Shown here piece by piece: positions 24,582-35,539 of a stretch of 44,126 bases of DNA. How positions within the stretch are numbered: the stretch's first letter is position 1; every line of letters starts with the position of its first letter. This stretch comes from Octopus bimaculoides (lineage: Eukaryota), in the NCBI RefSeq assembly GCF_001194135.2, contig NC_068981.1:56499541-56543666 (forward strand). Reading direction: 5' to 3'. The position numbers and the translations under genes are program-made. Under the pieces are notes generated by a model. It searched no databases, had not been told where the DNA came from, and saw only the letters and a program-made list of their open reading frames with translations.

Positions 24582-24600
24582 CAACAATCACAATAATAAC
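24524..24600. repeat. (AAT)n/(AAC)n tract = tail of the adjacent SINE-B
   Basis: Directly visible; contiguous with the SINE-B 3' end on the minus strand. Confidence 0.9.
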
Positions 24601-24811
24601 AATCCTTTCTACTATAGGCACAAGGTCTGAAATTTGGGGGAGGAGACTAGTCGATTACATCGACCTCAGTATTCCACCGGTACTTAATTTATCGACCCCG
24701 AAAGGATGAAAGGCAAGTCTACCTGGCGAATTTAAACTCAGAACGTTGCGGCAGACGAAATATCGCTAAGCATTTCGCCCGGCGTGCTAACGATTCTGCC
24801 AGCTCGCCGCC

Positions 24812-24813
<2 letters not shown>
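24601..24813 (-). mobile_element. SINE family B, full length (tRNA-derived head, Meta-domain-like core)
   Basis: Reverse complement: aggcggcgagctggcagaatcgttagc (A box), gagtttaaattc (B-box-like), cctttcatcctttcggggtcgataaattaagtacc core, ttgtgcctatagtagaaaggattg plus an (ATT)n tail. The Meta-domain assignment is from memory. Confidence 0.88.
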
Positions 24814-24884
<71 letters not shown>

Positions 24885-24903
24885 TGATGATAATAATAAT
24901 AAT
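24814..24903. repeat. (AAT)n tract between two SINE-B copies
   Basis: Directly visible. Confidence 0.97.
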
Positions 24904-25119
24904 GCTTTCTGATTTAGGTACAAGGCTAGCAATTTTGAGGAGAGGGAATTAGTTGATACGATCGATCCTAACATTGGGTTGGTTCATCATTTATCGATTC
25001 CGAATTGATGAACGGATAAGTTGACTTTGTGGGGATTTAACCTGAGAATGTAAATAGCCGAGTATATATTGCAAGGTGTTTTTCTCAGCATTCTAACAAT
25101 CTTACCAGCCTGCCACCTT
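24904..25119 (-). mobile_element. SINE family B, older diverged full-length copy
   Basis: Colinear with 24601-24813: ttaggtacaagg...tttatcgattccgaattgatgaa...ctaacaatcttaccagcctgccacctt. Confidence 0.8.
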
Positions 25120-25149
25120 AAATAACAAGAATAATCTCCAAACCTTTTT

Positions 25150-26815
25150 AAAGATTCCATCCGAAATAACCTATTTGCTATAGTTTGTCAAGCTCTCTAA
25201 AACTGTTCAGGATATCGAAAAAGGTTTGCTACCTATTAGAAAATGCAATGCCGCATTGGAGAGTGAAGATCAAGAGAAGAAAAAGATTTGCAAATATACA
25301 GATCAGAAGGGAAAACTTTCATGGAGACCGCTCTCTTATTTCGTTTGTAATTTTATTAATCCATTTGTCGATTATTCTAAACAATACCTAAGGAGTTTAC
25401 ACAGTGGGTAAAAATAGGGGCGAAGTGAACCATCAATTGATTGAGGATTTAAAACTTTATGGCAAGAAATGTGTTATGATAGAGATGAAGTAGAGAAAAT
25501 ACATAAAATATACTATAATAAATCTACCTAATGATGAGAATATAAAATCGTTAAATAAAGAAGAGACGGAAATATCTAGGAATATTGGAAAGTGACAAAA
25601 TCAAAATTATGGAAATGAAGTCAGTCCTAAGTAATGTATTTTTGCAGAATGAAGATTTTAAAATCGTAATTGAAAGAGGAGAGCATCATGCAAGTGAATT
25701 TGAAGGCAGTATTGCTAATTAGGTATGGAGCATGAACTATTGAATTATTGAGAAAGGATGGGTTGAATTAAATGAAGAAGATGAGGAAGCAGCTCACTAT
25801 TTACCAGTCAGATGAATTATATTGAAAAGGAGGAAGAGGGTTAGTGTGTGTCCAAGGGGTAGAAGTAGAGAAGAAATTTAGGCTTCTATCTGGAAGAAAA
25901 AGAAGAATCTCTCTGTAGAGAAATAATAAGCGAAGGGCTGTTTTCAAAATGCATAGAAACCAAAAAGAGAAAACAGGAAAAATGTAGAAAAGAGAAACTC
26001 AAAATTTAAAGCAAAAGAACTTCACTCGCTGTTTATCAAAAGTACAAATGTGATGAGCGATGACAAGTAGTGCTGGTTATAATTAAAGAAAGAGACCGAG
26101 CGTATGATTTTGGTAGTATATAAATAGGCACTAAGGGTAAATTGCATCGAGGAAAATCGATTAGCAAGACCATTCACCCAAATGTAGAATGTATGATGAT
26201 TCAGAAGGGGTTATAGCTCACATTGTGTCTGAATGCCCGCAGAATGGCAACAAAAACTGTAGGTACAATAGAACTGCTGCACAAATTCACTGAAATTCCT
26301 GCAAGAAATCTGGTTTCTTATACACAAAAATAAAAAAAACATTTATATCCTATTATTGGAATAACAATGTCAGCATTTGAAAACGATGAGGTGAGATTGT
26401 TGTAGGGCCTTCTTATATAAACCAAAAAAAGCGTAAGATATGACATCTAAGGAATTGTAATCCTTGACAAGTAGCAGGCTACTGTAATTAACGTAGTATG
26501 GCCATTTAACATTAGAGTAAAACGAAAGGGGAAAAGAAAGTGTAGAGTATAATCTTTAAATTCTTGATGTAAAGAACTGACAAAGTCTTGATATTAACGA
26601 TTATTATTAGGTCTTCGGGAACAGTTACGAAAAATCTGAGAACAAAACTTGAAAAACTCGACCTTAATCAGGGTAAAGGTAAAGTGCAGAAAATCTGTTT
26701 ATTAGGTTCTACAAAATTTATCCAGAAATCCTTTAATACAAGGTAATAACTGTTATGTAAAGGACAAAAATTCTTATTGAGGAGGTACGCATAGAAACTT
26801 TAACTAGATGTGTTA
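25150..26815 (+). mobile_element. R4/Dong-like RLE non-LTR retrotransposon, 5'-truncated and decayed
   Basis: LKLFRI..MPHW..IQIRRENFHGDRSLISFVILLIHLS (the RGIFQGDSLSPLLF motif); NHQLIEDLKLYGK; LGILE; LKKETE; KCRM..HIVSECP..IH (CCHC); terminal QKICLLGSTKFIQK. Confidence 0.85.
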
Positions 26816-28869
26816 TAAATACCCAATGTGTTTGTTCCATACCCACGCGTGCACATTTAAAAATCTAGTCTGTACCTGTCAGGCAGTTTCAGAAATTCTT
26901 ATCTCACTGATGGCAGACAAATTTACGTTTGGATACCTAACTTTATCGAATAAGTGACCTTGCTTGCAATCAACCCCAGACCGCATACGTTAGTACGCCA
27001 TGTGTATCTTTGAAAAAGACGGGAAAAAAGTCACTGATTTGGTCTTGGAGAAGGTAGAATAATTTCGTCATCTCTCTGGGATAATGTTCTTTGAAAAGTT
27101 CCACCGGTAATCTTCTGTCTACCCGTTTCCGAAAACTCCGGACACGACACTGAATGGGATTTACATATTGCGTAGAAATCTGTAGAGGTCTTCATCAGTA
27201 CTCTATATTAGAGTAATTTGAGGATGAATTCTTTAAAATTCTTCACTATGTTCTTATTTTACCTTTCAGCTATTTTGACGTCTTCGGATGATTTATGGTA
27301 ACACCTTGGAGGACCACGTCAAAATCATTAAAGTTCAATTAAACAACTGGTTCAGGGTAGTTAACAAAAGCCAGCTACTTAGAAGGTTTACGGTGTAGTA
27401 TTTCTAATATAGCATTATACCCAGACCATTGTGGTTATTCCTGGTTTATGACTTCTCCATGGCTCAGGTGGTGCCAATGGAGAGGTTGTGCAGTAAATTT
27501 CTGTGATGTTGGCTGGGTTTTTCCCCCTAACTTTTAGTTCTACTTACTAATTCCATCAAAGGTGGAAGAATTCAGAACCACTAAGGTAAGAACATTCAGT
27601 ACGTGACTACTGTCAGAGGATGAGAGAATTAGATACACCAACTATGAATGGTCACAGAAAGAGGAAGCCGCAGGAAATACCAGGAGATTGTTGGTGTAGT
27701 GTCGGCTAGGACTTGGCACCTACATTATCAAAAGGATAGTTAATTTTGTTATGGACTACAAATCGCACTGGTATCAGGCACGATAATGGATATACCGTTA
27801 AGTGAGACATTGTTCCATTATTACGTCTTTTAATGATACCTGAGATCGCTGCTACTTGTAAGAATACTGTGAGCGTTGGAATCTGGCATTGATGTAGAGG
27901 CATATACACTTGTTATTGTTACTGTCGTTATTGTTACTACTACTATTGTTTTTGTTACTGGTGCTGTTGTTGGTGTTCTCTTTGTTTGGGGCCATAGATT
28001 TCTGTTTATTGGAGAATCTAAGCTGATAATTTACAAATGATTCCTCACCTGTATATTAGGAACATAACAAAAGCGTGACTAAAATCCGGTTCAACTATTA
28101 TTTACTTGACTAAGTAGAAGTTGTAAGTAAACACTGATTAGCCGGGTTTAAATGCCATGGGACAGACATTGAACTTTCTTTACTTAATTTACTTGATGCA
28201 TCATTAAGAAATCAAAATAGATATACAAACAGCTGAACGTAATTCCTGATCACTATCTATCGCAGGCTTTCGTTGGATATCTCTCTAGACTCTTTAGCGT
28301 GAATGAAACACCTATTGCGGAGTGAAAATGATGTTTATAAACTGTACAACGATGTTAAATGTGTAGCTGATGGTAAACTTCTGTTTAGGAGAAATGTTAG
28401 TTGACTTCACTTTGAATACGAAATTTTAAAACATTATTTTTAAGTACTAGCAGAAGGATTGTAATTTCGTCTATTCACCCCACCAATTATAGTGGTATCG
28501 CCACTGGCCAAATATGGAATGGAGTTAAAGAATATATATACATTGGTTAAATATCCATATACTATCGTGATCTTGTTATACACGTCCTTGTTCTCGATTA
28601 GTCAAGCCATATAGCTTTAAATGGGTATTATCGCTTGAATAGCTCAACTTTGTTAGTAGTCTGAGTCTAAAATGAAATTCTAGCATGGCCTGGATAACGT
28701 TAGGTGCATTCACATTGTGGTTCTGATTAAGTGTTTTAATCAGCATCAGATGAACGCGATATTAGTGAAACAATTATTTTCGAGATAAGGAAAACCAGTT
28801 AAGTGGAACAAATCTATGTGAACGAGTTACTTAGAGTAGAATAATATTAGTATCTGAATTGTAAATATT

Positions 28870-29083
28870 CTTTTCGACTCTAGGCACAAGGCCATAAATT
28901 TTGGGGGAGGGAGCCAGTCAATTAGATCGACCCCAGTACGCAACTGGTATTTAATTTATCGACCCCGAAAGGATGAAGGCAAAGTCGATATTAGTGGAAT
29001 TTGAACTCAGAACGTAAAGACAGACGAAATACCATTAAGCATTTCGCGCAGCGTGCTTAGGCTTTCTGCCCACTCGCCGCCTT
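28870..29083 (-). mobile_element. SINE family B, full length
   Basis: atcgaccccagtacgcaactggtatttaatttatcgaccccgaaaggatgaaggcaaagtcga..gaatttgaactcagaacg..ctcgccgcctt. Possible TSD attgtaaatatt (28858-28869) / attataaatatt (29088-29099). Confidence 0.9.
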
Positions 29084-30164
29084 CTGCATTATAAATATTG
29101 AGAAATTAAAATATTATTAGTAATTTCAATTATTCTGCTAGTGAGTTTTGCGATATATACATCAAACTTTAAACGGCAGGAAAGGGTTGCATGAATATAT
29201 TTTAAAAACGAGGAAAAACAAAAAGTATCTTTCTTCTTAAGGGTTGTTTTTAGATTTATTTTCCCTGTAAATAAGCACAAAATCTAAAATAATTGTTAGT
29301 CAATAAAATTTACAATCTCGTTAACCAAAAGTATTGTAAAATATTCCCTTTGCGTCTGGCATGAGCGTAGTTTACTCGAGATTCCTGCATTGCTATTGTT
29401 AACTGCTATTGTAAACTGAATGTAGAAATGGAGAACAATTGGCGCACTTATTCATTCAGAGCTAGTTGAAGCATCACTTTCTTCTCTGCTCTTTAAGGTA
29501 TCATCATCAGCATAACTATCATCAATCATCTACCTAATCTAATGATATAAGGAAAATCAGAAAATCTTCATCCCTATACAAAGCTTCCATTTGCAGATTG
29601 ATTTCTCCCATCGATAAAGGTCGATTACGCTAAAACACATTCGACGAAGTAGATGCCCGCACATCTGTTGATGAAGGCCGTATCCGTGTGAAATGTTTGA
29701 AACAGCAATTGATGATGTCAGCTGTTCTTTAATGAAACATCAACTGATGATGTCCACCATCTAAAGATTAAACTGTTAATCAAATTTTATCATTCGGTTT
29801 CACAATTCTGCAACAAAGCTTGCACTTCGAAGTCGAGATGAAAAACAGTTGGCGAGTTCATTTCCGTAATTGAAAATTTCATTTAGTTCTTGAAGAGAGT
29901 TTATAAATAATTTCTGATTCATCAGTGTATCTTCTAAAGAAATGTTTACTTGGGTTTGTAATAAAGGGGGAGAATGAATAAATATCTTACAAGAATGACG
30001 AGACAGAAATAGTATATGAAAAATTTAACTTGTTATCTGTTAGAAGACTGGTCATGTAAGGGTACCATCATCAAATATATTGAATATAATGTTTATTTAA
30101 TATAATTCTTCAGTCTTCACGCAAGCTTATAATTGTTAACACTAATATTTTAGTCGTTGTTCGC

Positions 30165-30280
30165 AGAGGTTGACTTTGTTTTCATCTTTTCGGAGTCGAT
30201 AAAATAATTACCAGCTGAACACTGGGGTCGAGTAATCGAATTATTCTCTATCCCGAAATTGCGGGCCCTGGGCTAAAATC
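30165..30280 (+). mobile_element. SINE family B, 5'-truncated
   Basis: gaggttgactttgttttcatcttttcggagtcgataaaataattaccagctgaacactggggtcgagtaatcga..gaaattgcgggccctgggc matches the core and tail. Confidence 0.8.
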
Positions 30281-31699
30281 AATATATTAGTCATGGTTTC
30301 TTAGAATTTTTAACCTTCCAAATTAACTTTTACATATTTTTGTTTGTTTTGTTTTGCTTTCATTCATTCGCTAAACATGCTTCACTATTTGCTTTTTTCT
30401 GTTTAAAATTGTTTAATAATTACGAATTTAAACAGCATTTCATTTATTTGTTGAAAACAAGCACTGTATCAAAATATTTCTCACACAAGAAGATTTATTT
30501 AAGTACTTTTGTGTTAGTTTATATATGTCTGTCGAAACAATGAGACTGAAGTGTATGTTTTGAAAAGAAGAGAAAATAGATTTGCAAAACTGGCGATCAC
30601 AAAAAAAAATATTCCGTCATTAAACAACAGGCTGCACAATCGTTAAAAAATAAGACCAATATTATTTACAATAATAACGTGAACGGAAGAGTAATATTGC
30701 TGGAGCAGTAGTTATAAAGAAAGCAATACTTGTTGGTGATATATCTTATAAAATATGGCTCACCATAACAACAGGTATATCGGCAGAAGATAAAAAAGCA
30801 TTCTTCTTAAACCGTACAAAAGCACAAACAAATATAAATGAAACGAAAATATAAAACTAAAGCAAGTTTAAAGAAGTCAGAAACAAATGCAAATAATAAT
30901 AAATCGATAGAGTAATGTAGAAATGGTTTATATAAATTGAAAGGTGGCGGAAATCTGAGTATATTTTACGTCAAAACTTTGGAAACAACACATTATAAAG
31001 ATCATTTCTGAAAATATGAAATGAAAACTAAATGTGGAAACATTACAAGATTAAAAAAAAAAAGCTATGCTTTGCTTTATAGAAAATCAGCTGAAAGATA
31101 AGTTTTTACTTGTAATAATTTCCGATCCAAGTAAACTAGAAAGAATGAACTGTATTGAATGGTGGTAATGGGGGAGCTAATCGGATGGATGAAACGAAAA
31201 ACTTTTTTCTTTTTCTTTTTGTTTTTTTGCCGATGAGTATGAATCATTCTTATGCAAACAAAAAGGGAATTGGAAATCCACGCCATAAAAAATAATCGTA
31301 TTGGAAGCCTAAAAATGTAATAGTATTTTCGAAGGTTTAAAACTAGTGATGGATCCAGGTTATGTCTCCCTGATCGATTCCCTGTTGATGGGCGATAAAG
31401 AAGTTGTGCAAATACAAAATGATACAATGTACATCTATATGTGTGAAATGAGAAAATTGGATTTGAAAACAGTGAGCCTCAGCCCATAACAAAACAAAAG
31501 ACATACTTTTAACGGACAAGAAGAAAATACCTAATAGAAATGATTATTAGTGAGAAATAATATTGGTTGCATCAAACATGAAAAATAATGACAAGGATCG
31601 AGAATATGAAAAGTATTTCTAAAAAAAAAAAAACCATTGTTAAGTCACAACACAGAATTCGTAGATAATTAAAAATGGAACAGAGACAGCAGAAAAAAA

Positions 31700-32770
31700 C
31701 TTACTGCTGTTCATTGTGGCCCTCTTAGACATGCCCTCGGCTGCTCAGATAGCCACCTTTGCTAGCTATGCAGATGACACAAAAGTCTCTTAGTCAATAC
31801 AAAATCGTGGAAATATTGCACATCTGCAACGGGAGTTGGACGCAATATACAGGTGGGCTGAGGACAACAACTTGCAGTTTGATGCAGGAAAATTCCAGGC
31901 CCTACCCTACCAGTACACAAAGTTAAACGACATGCAGACAGGATACACTGGCCCAAGAGGAAGTGAAATCCCTGAATCAAATAGATTCAGTGCGTAACCT
32001 GCGCATTGACATGAGCAATGATGCATCTTTCCAGGTGCGTATTACCAATTTGGTAATAAAATGCAGACGGCTGGCTGAATGGATCCTCCGAACTTTCAAA
32101 ACAAGAGAAAAGGAAACATTGATGATCCTTTGGAGACATATGTTCTCCGCCGCTTAAACTATTGGTCCCAACTATGGACACCACACAATAAAATTTCCAC
32201 GGTAGAACTCGAAGAAATCCACTGAAGCTACACTAAGAAAATCGTCTCGATGCAACATGTCAGCTACTGGGAAAGACTTAAAGAATTAAAACTCTTCTCC
32301 CTGGAACGAAGGCGGGAGAGATATGCTGTGATATACATCTGGAAAATCCTAGAAGGCCTGGTACCAAACTTTGGCATAGAAAGTTACTCAAACTGCAGAA
32401 TGGGGAGCCACTGCATAGTGCCAAAGATCCCAGCATCGCCCTCAAAATACAGGATCAGATACTGCAATAGCTTGGGCTTCAAGGGTTCACAGCTCTTTAA
32501 TAACCTTCCAAAATGCCTGTAATACCTGCATGGTGTGGATGTAAGTGTCTTTAAAACAAAACTGGATCGCTTCCTGTTACGGATTCCAGATGAACCTACC
32601 TCACGGCAGGAAACACAAATGAGAGCAGTAGCATCCAAACTCGCTCATTGACCAAATGGCACATATCAGAGGAGGTTCCAAATAATGGTGTAGCTCAGTC
32701 GATGGTAGTGTTCCAGCATGACCGCAGCTTTGCAGCTGAAACATTTTAAAATAGTTAAAAGGGTTAAAAA
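31700..32770 (+). mobile_element. CR1/L2-group LINE, 5'-truncated (RT C-terminal half + 3' UTR)
   Basis: LLLFIVAL..FASYADDTKV (YADD at ~31768)..LQRELDAIYRWAEDNNLQF..KF; YWERLKELKLFSLERRRERY; QLFNNLP. Stops and frameshifts present; ends in an A-rich tail. Confidence 0.93.
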
Positions 32771-33060
32771 CAGTTTCAGGATAGTACATTAAAGTATTCC
32801 ACAGACCATTGTATCAGGTGTAAATGAGTTGTGCCTAGGTATTTCAATTTTAAGTAGTAAGAACACTGCGACCTTGGTACAGGTGAATCTTAAGTAAGAA
32901 TGCAACCAATTTGTTTAATTGTCATCTCAAACAGCCGAAAAACTCTTGCTGGGCATAATTTCATACTGAGACTGAAAATACACGAAGAAAAAATGGCCTA
33001 AAATAAAATTTGTTGAACCTGGAAAAAAAATTTTTCTTTAACCGCCTCAGTTTCAGTCTA

Positions 33061-33144
33061 GAAAATTTATATTATGTGTTAGTCAGAGTGGTGTCCTCAT
33101 TTTGATCGATACCACTCCGACTAACACGTGATATAAAAATTTCT
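33061..33144. repeat. Inverted repeat, ~35-bp arms, 12-nt loop
   Basis: gaaaatttatattatgtgttagtcagagtggtgtc versus the reverse complement of gataccactccgactaacacgtgatataaaaatttc; the mismatches are mostly transitions. Confidence 0.85.
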
Positions 33145-34003
33145 CATCTCAGAAATATAGAATTGAACAAATTATATTGCCCGCCGTTATATATACTAAG
33201 CTTTAACTAATAAAATAACTGCAAAAACTACGGTCTAAAGAGGAACAAATTTTCTTTATTTGAAATTTGGAAAAATTCAGCTTAATATTTGGAGTTATGG
33301 CTTATCGTCTAAAGATATCACGCAACTTTTACCACAATGCTTGTTCAGCGAGTGTGTCATGAGACAGTAACAATAACATTTGCGTATTATGTCCGAGTAC
33401 TAGGTCACATGACAGTAGGAAAGCATCATGGATATTATGAACAACAGGTCATCAGAAAAGTTAAAGATAGAGAATTAGAGTACTTGCTTGTATGCGAGAG
33501 ATTAGTAAGTTACATAGCTGCTATATACGTGTGTATATGGCTGCCTCTGCGCTTCTTTGCGAGATTGTGAATTACAGTAGTGTAGTGCATCTGTTCGTTA
33601 TGTTATAGTTTATTCATTTTATCTTTGAAATTTTTAATAAACACATTTTCATTATTTGTCTATATTTGATCTGTGATTTTGTCGGAACAATAGTAAATCA
33701 GAAGGATTTAGAATTATAGTTTCTTATTTGTTGTTCATTGGTATAAATGTTCATGTAGTGGATTTTGTCTGGTATTAGGACCTTCTATTCGTTGCTTATA
33801 AATAGTTTATTTTTCACGACAGTTTATTTTTCCTTTGCCTGTATAATAGTTGTTGCATGTAGTAACAATTCATTTTTTTTGACAGATAGGTGAAATGAAA
33901 TTTTGCATTGAAAATATGCCATCCCTTCTGGAAAATTGATATAAACACACATACACATAAATAATATGTGTATGTGCATTCATAATGTATTCCCTGTACT
34001 TAA

Positions 34004-34063
34004 AAGGTAACCCGCGACAAGGTAACTACCAACAAAGTAACCGCCTATAAGGTAATCCCCGAC
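34004..34063 (+). repeat. Four 15-bp units with a conserved AAGGTAAY core and variable spacer
   Basis: aaggtaacccgcgac / aaggtaactaccaac / aaagtaaccgcctat / aaggtaatccccgac. Confidence 0.8.
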
Positions 34064-34367
34064 AAATGTTTACTTGTTTCAATGGATTTCTGTAATTTAT
34101 CGAAGATAAAAACGAATGTACTACAAAACAACGACTTATATTAACACCAACAACAAACACGATGGTAATAACGGACAATGAGTGTTTCTAATTAAAAGCA
34201 GTTTTATATGACGACCTTATTGGAAGAGAATAAGAGCTGACATGTATAGTGATGGAGGGTGTGAGAGAAGTAGTAATTAAAGAGAGGGGAAAACTTTGTC
34301 CATATATAGGGCTACTAGAATAAAATATCTTTCGATTTTAAGACACTGAAACTGCTACTCTAATATG

Positions 34368-35539
34368 TATAGTGGAGCAGACATTTCAAAAAGTTCCCGG
34401 ACTAGTTATGTTTAATAAAAAAATATTTGCCTAAGTCTTTGCATCATCTCCTTTGAAGTAGTCACCTTGCGTCAGCCCAGAAAATCGAGAAGATTTAGAA
34501 GGCCTTTGGAGATGATGCTATGGGATAAACACAAAGGAGTGGCACAACCGGTTCGAAGATGGCCGCACCTCAGTGACTAGTGGGCCACGTTATGGCAGAC
34601 TATCGACTAGCAGAAACGACGAAATAATTGCAAAGGTTCGTGGAATAGTCTACGAAAACCGTCTTGTGACTATTGAGGAGATTGTTGTGGAAGTTGGAAT
34701 CAGCCATGGGTCATTTCAGTCAATTATAACTGAAGATTTGTGCATGAGAAGGGTGCCGGTCAAATTCGTACTAAAATTGCTGTCTGACCAGCTGAAAGAG
34801 AATAGAAAGGAAATCTCCCAGGACATGCTGGAGTGTGCTATCCAAGATCAAAGCTTCCTGCACACTTTCATCAGAAGCGATGAGACATAGATGTAAGGCT
34901 ATGACCCTAAAACAAAATTGCAATCATCCCAATGGAAACATTCATCCTCACCAAGACTTTAGAAAGTAAGGCAGGCGGGCAGCAATGTTAAACTGATGAT
35001 AACCAGTTTCTTTGACTACAGAGGTAATGTGCACCATGAATATGCACCACAAGGGCAGACAATTAACAAAGAACACTACCTGGGGGTTCTTAGTCGCCTT
35101 CGTAAGTCTCTGCAGCGAAAACGACCCGACCTGTACGTAGCAAAGAACTGGCAACTTCACCATGACAACGCCCCACTCATTCCGTCCATGTCATCCAAGC
35201 ATTCCTCGTCAAGCAAAACACACCACTTGTTCGTCAGGCTTCCTACTCTCTAGACTTGACTCCGTGTGACTTTTGGCCATTTCCAAAGCTCAAAAGATAA
35301 ACACTCAAAGGGAGAAGATTTGAGTCAATAGAGGACATTAAGCAAAATTCGACGATACAGTTTTACAGTGATTTCCAAAAAGTTATTTCCCGAAATGTTT
35401 CCAGCAGTGGCAGGAACGCTGGCAGAAGCGTGTAGACTCCCAAGGTGAAAACTTTGAAGGAGGCTACATCAAAATAGTGAGTTTTTATTATTACTTGTTT
35501 TTTGGCCAAAGATCGGATACTTTTTGACTACACCTCGTA
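34368..35539 (+). mobile_element. Mariner (DD34D-type) transposon, pseudogenised
   Basis: The right TIR cggatactttttgactacacctcg+TA is matched by a degenerate left end tcaaaaagttcccg. Transposase pieces: GPRYGRLSTS, EVGISHGS, MRRVPVKFVLKLL, SDET, YDPKTK.QSSQW, FFDYRG.VHHEY, WQLHHDNAP, PYSLDLTPCDF. Confidence 0.95.

Noticed and set aside
24156-24621. Proline-rich / EGEAEE-repeat protein
   Set aside because: All frames are open only because of the 18-bp minisatellite and triplet repeats; no splice or homology support.
24601-29083. tRNA genes in SINE heads; CRISPR-like repeat-spacer arrays
   Set aside because: The heads have only A/B-box similarity with no cloverleaf and run into SINE bodies. 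The recurring motifs are dispersed eukaryotic SINEs, and no cas genes are present.
29665-29710. Hammerhead-like ttgatgaaggcc...gaaatgtt
   Set aside because: C3 is missing, helix II is poorly paired, helix I is out of register, and no PLE coding context is visible.
30540-31450. Possible Tc1/piggyBac transposase relic (FADE..)
   Set aside because: Only a 4-residue resemblance; no TIRs or further motifs could be confirmed by eye.
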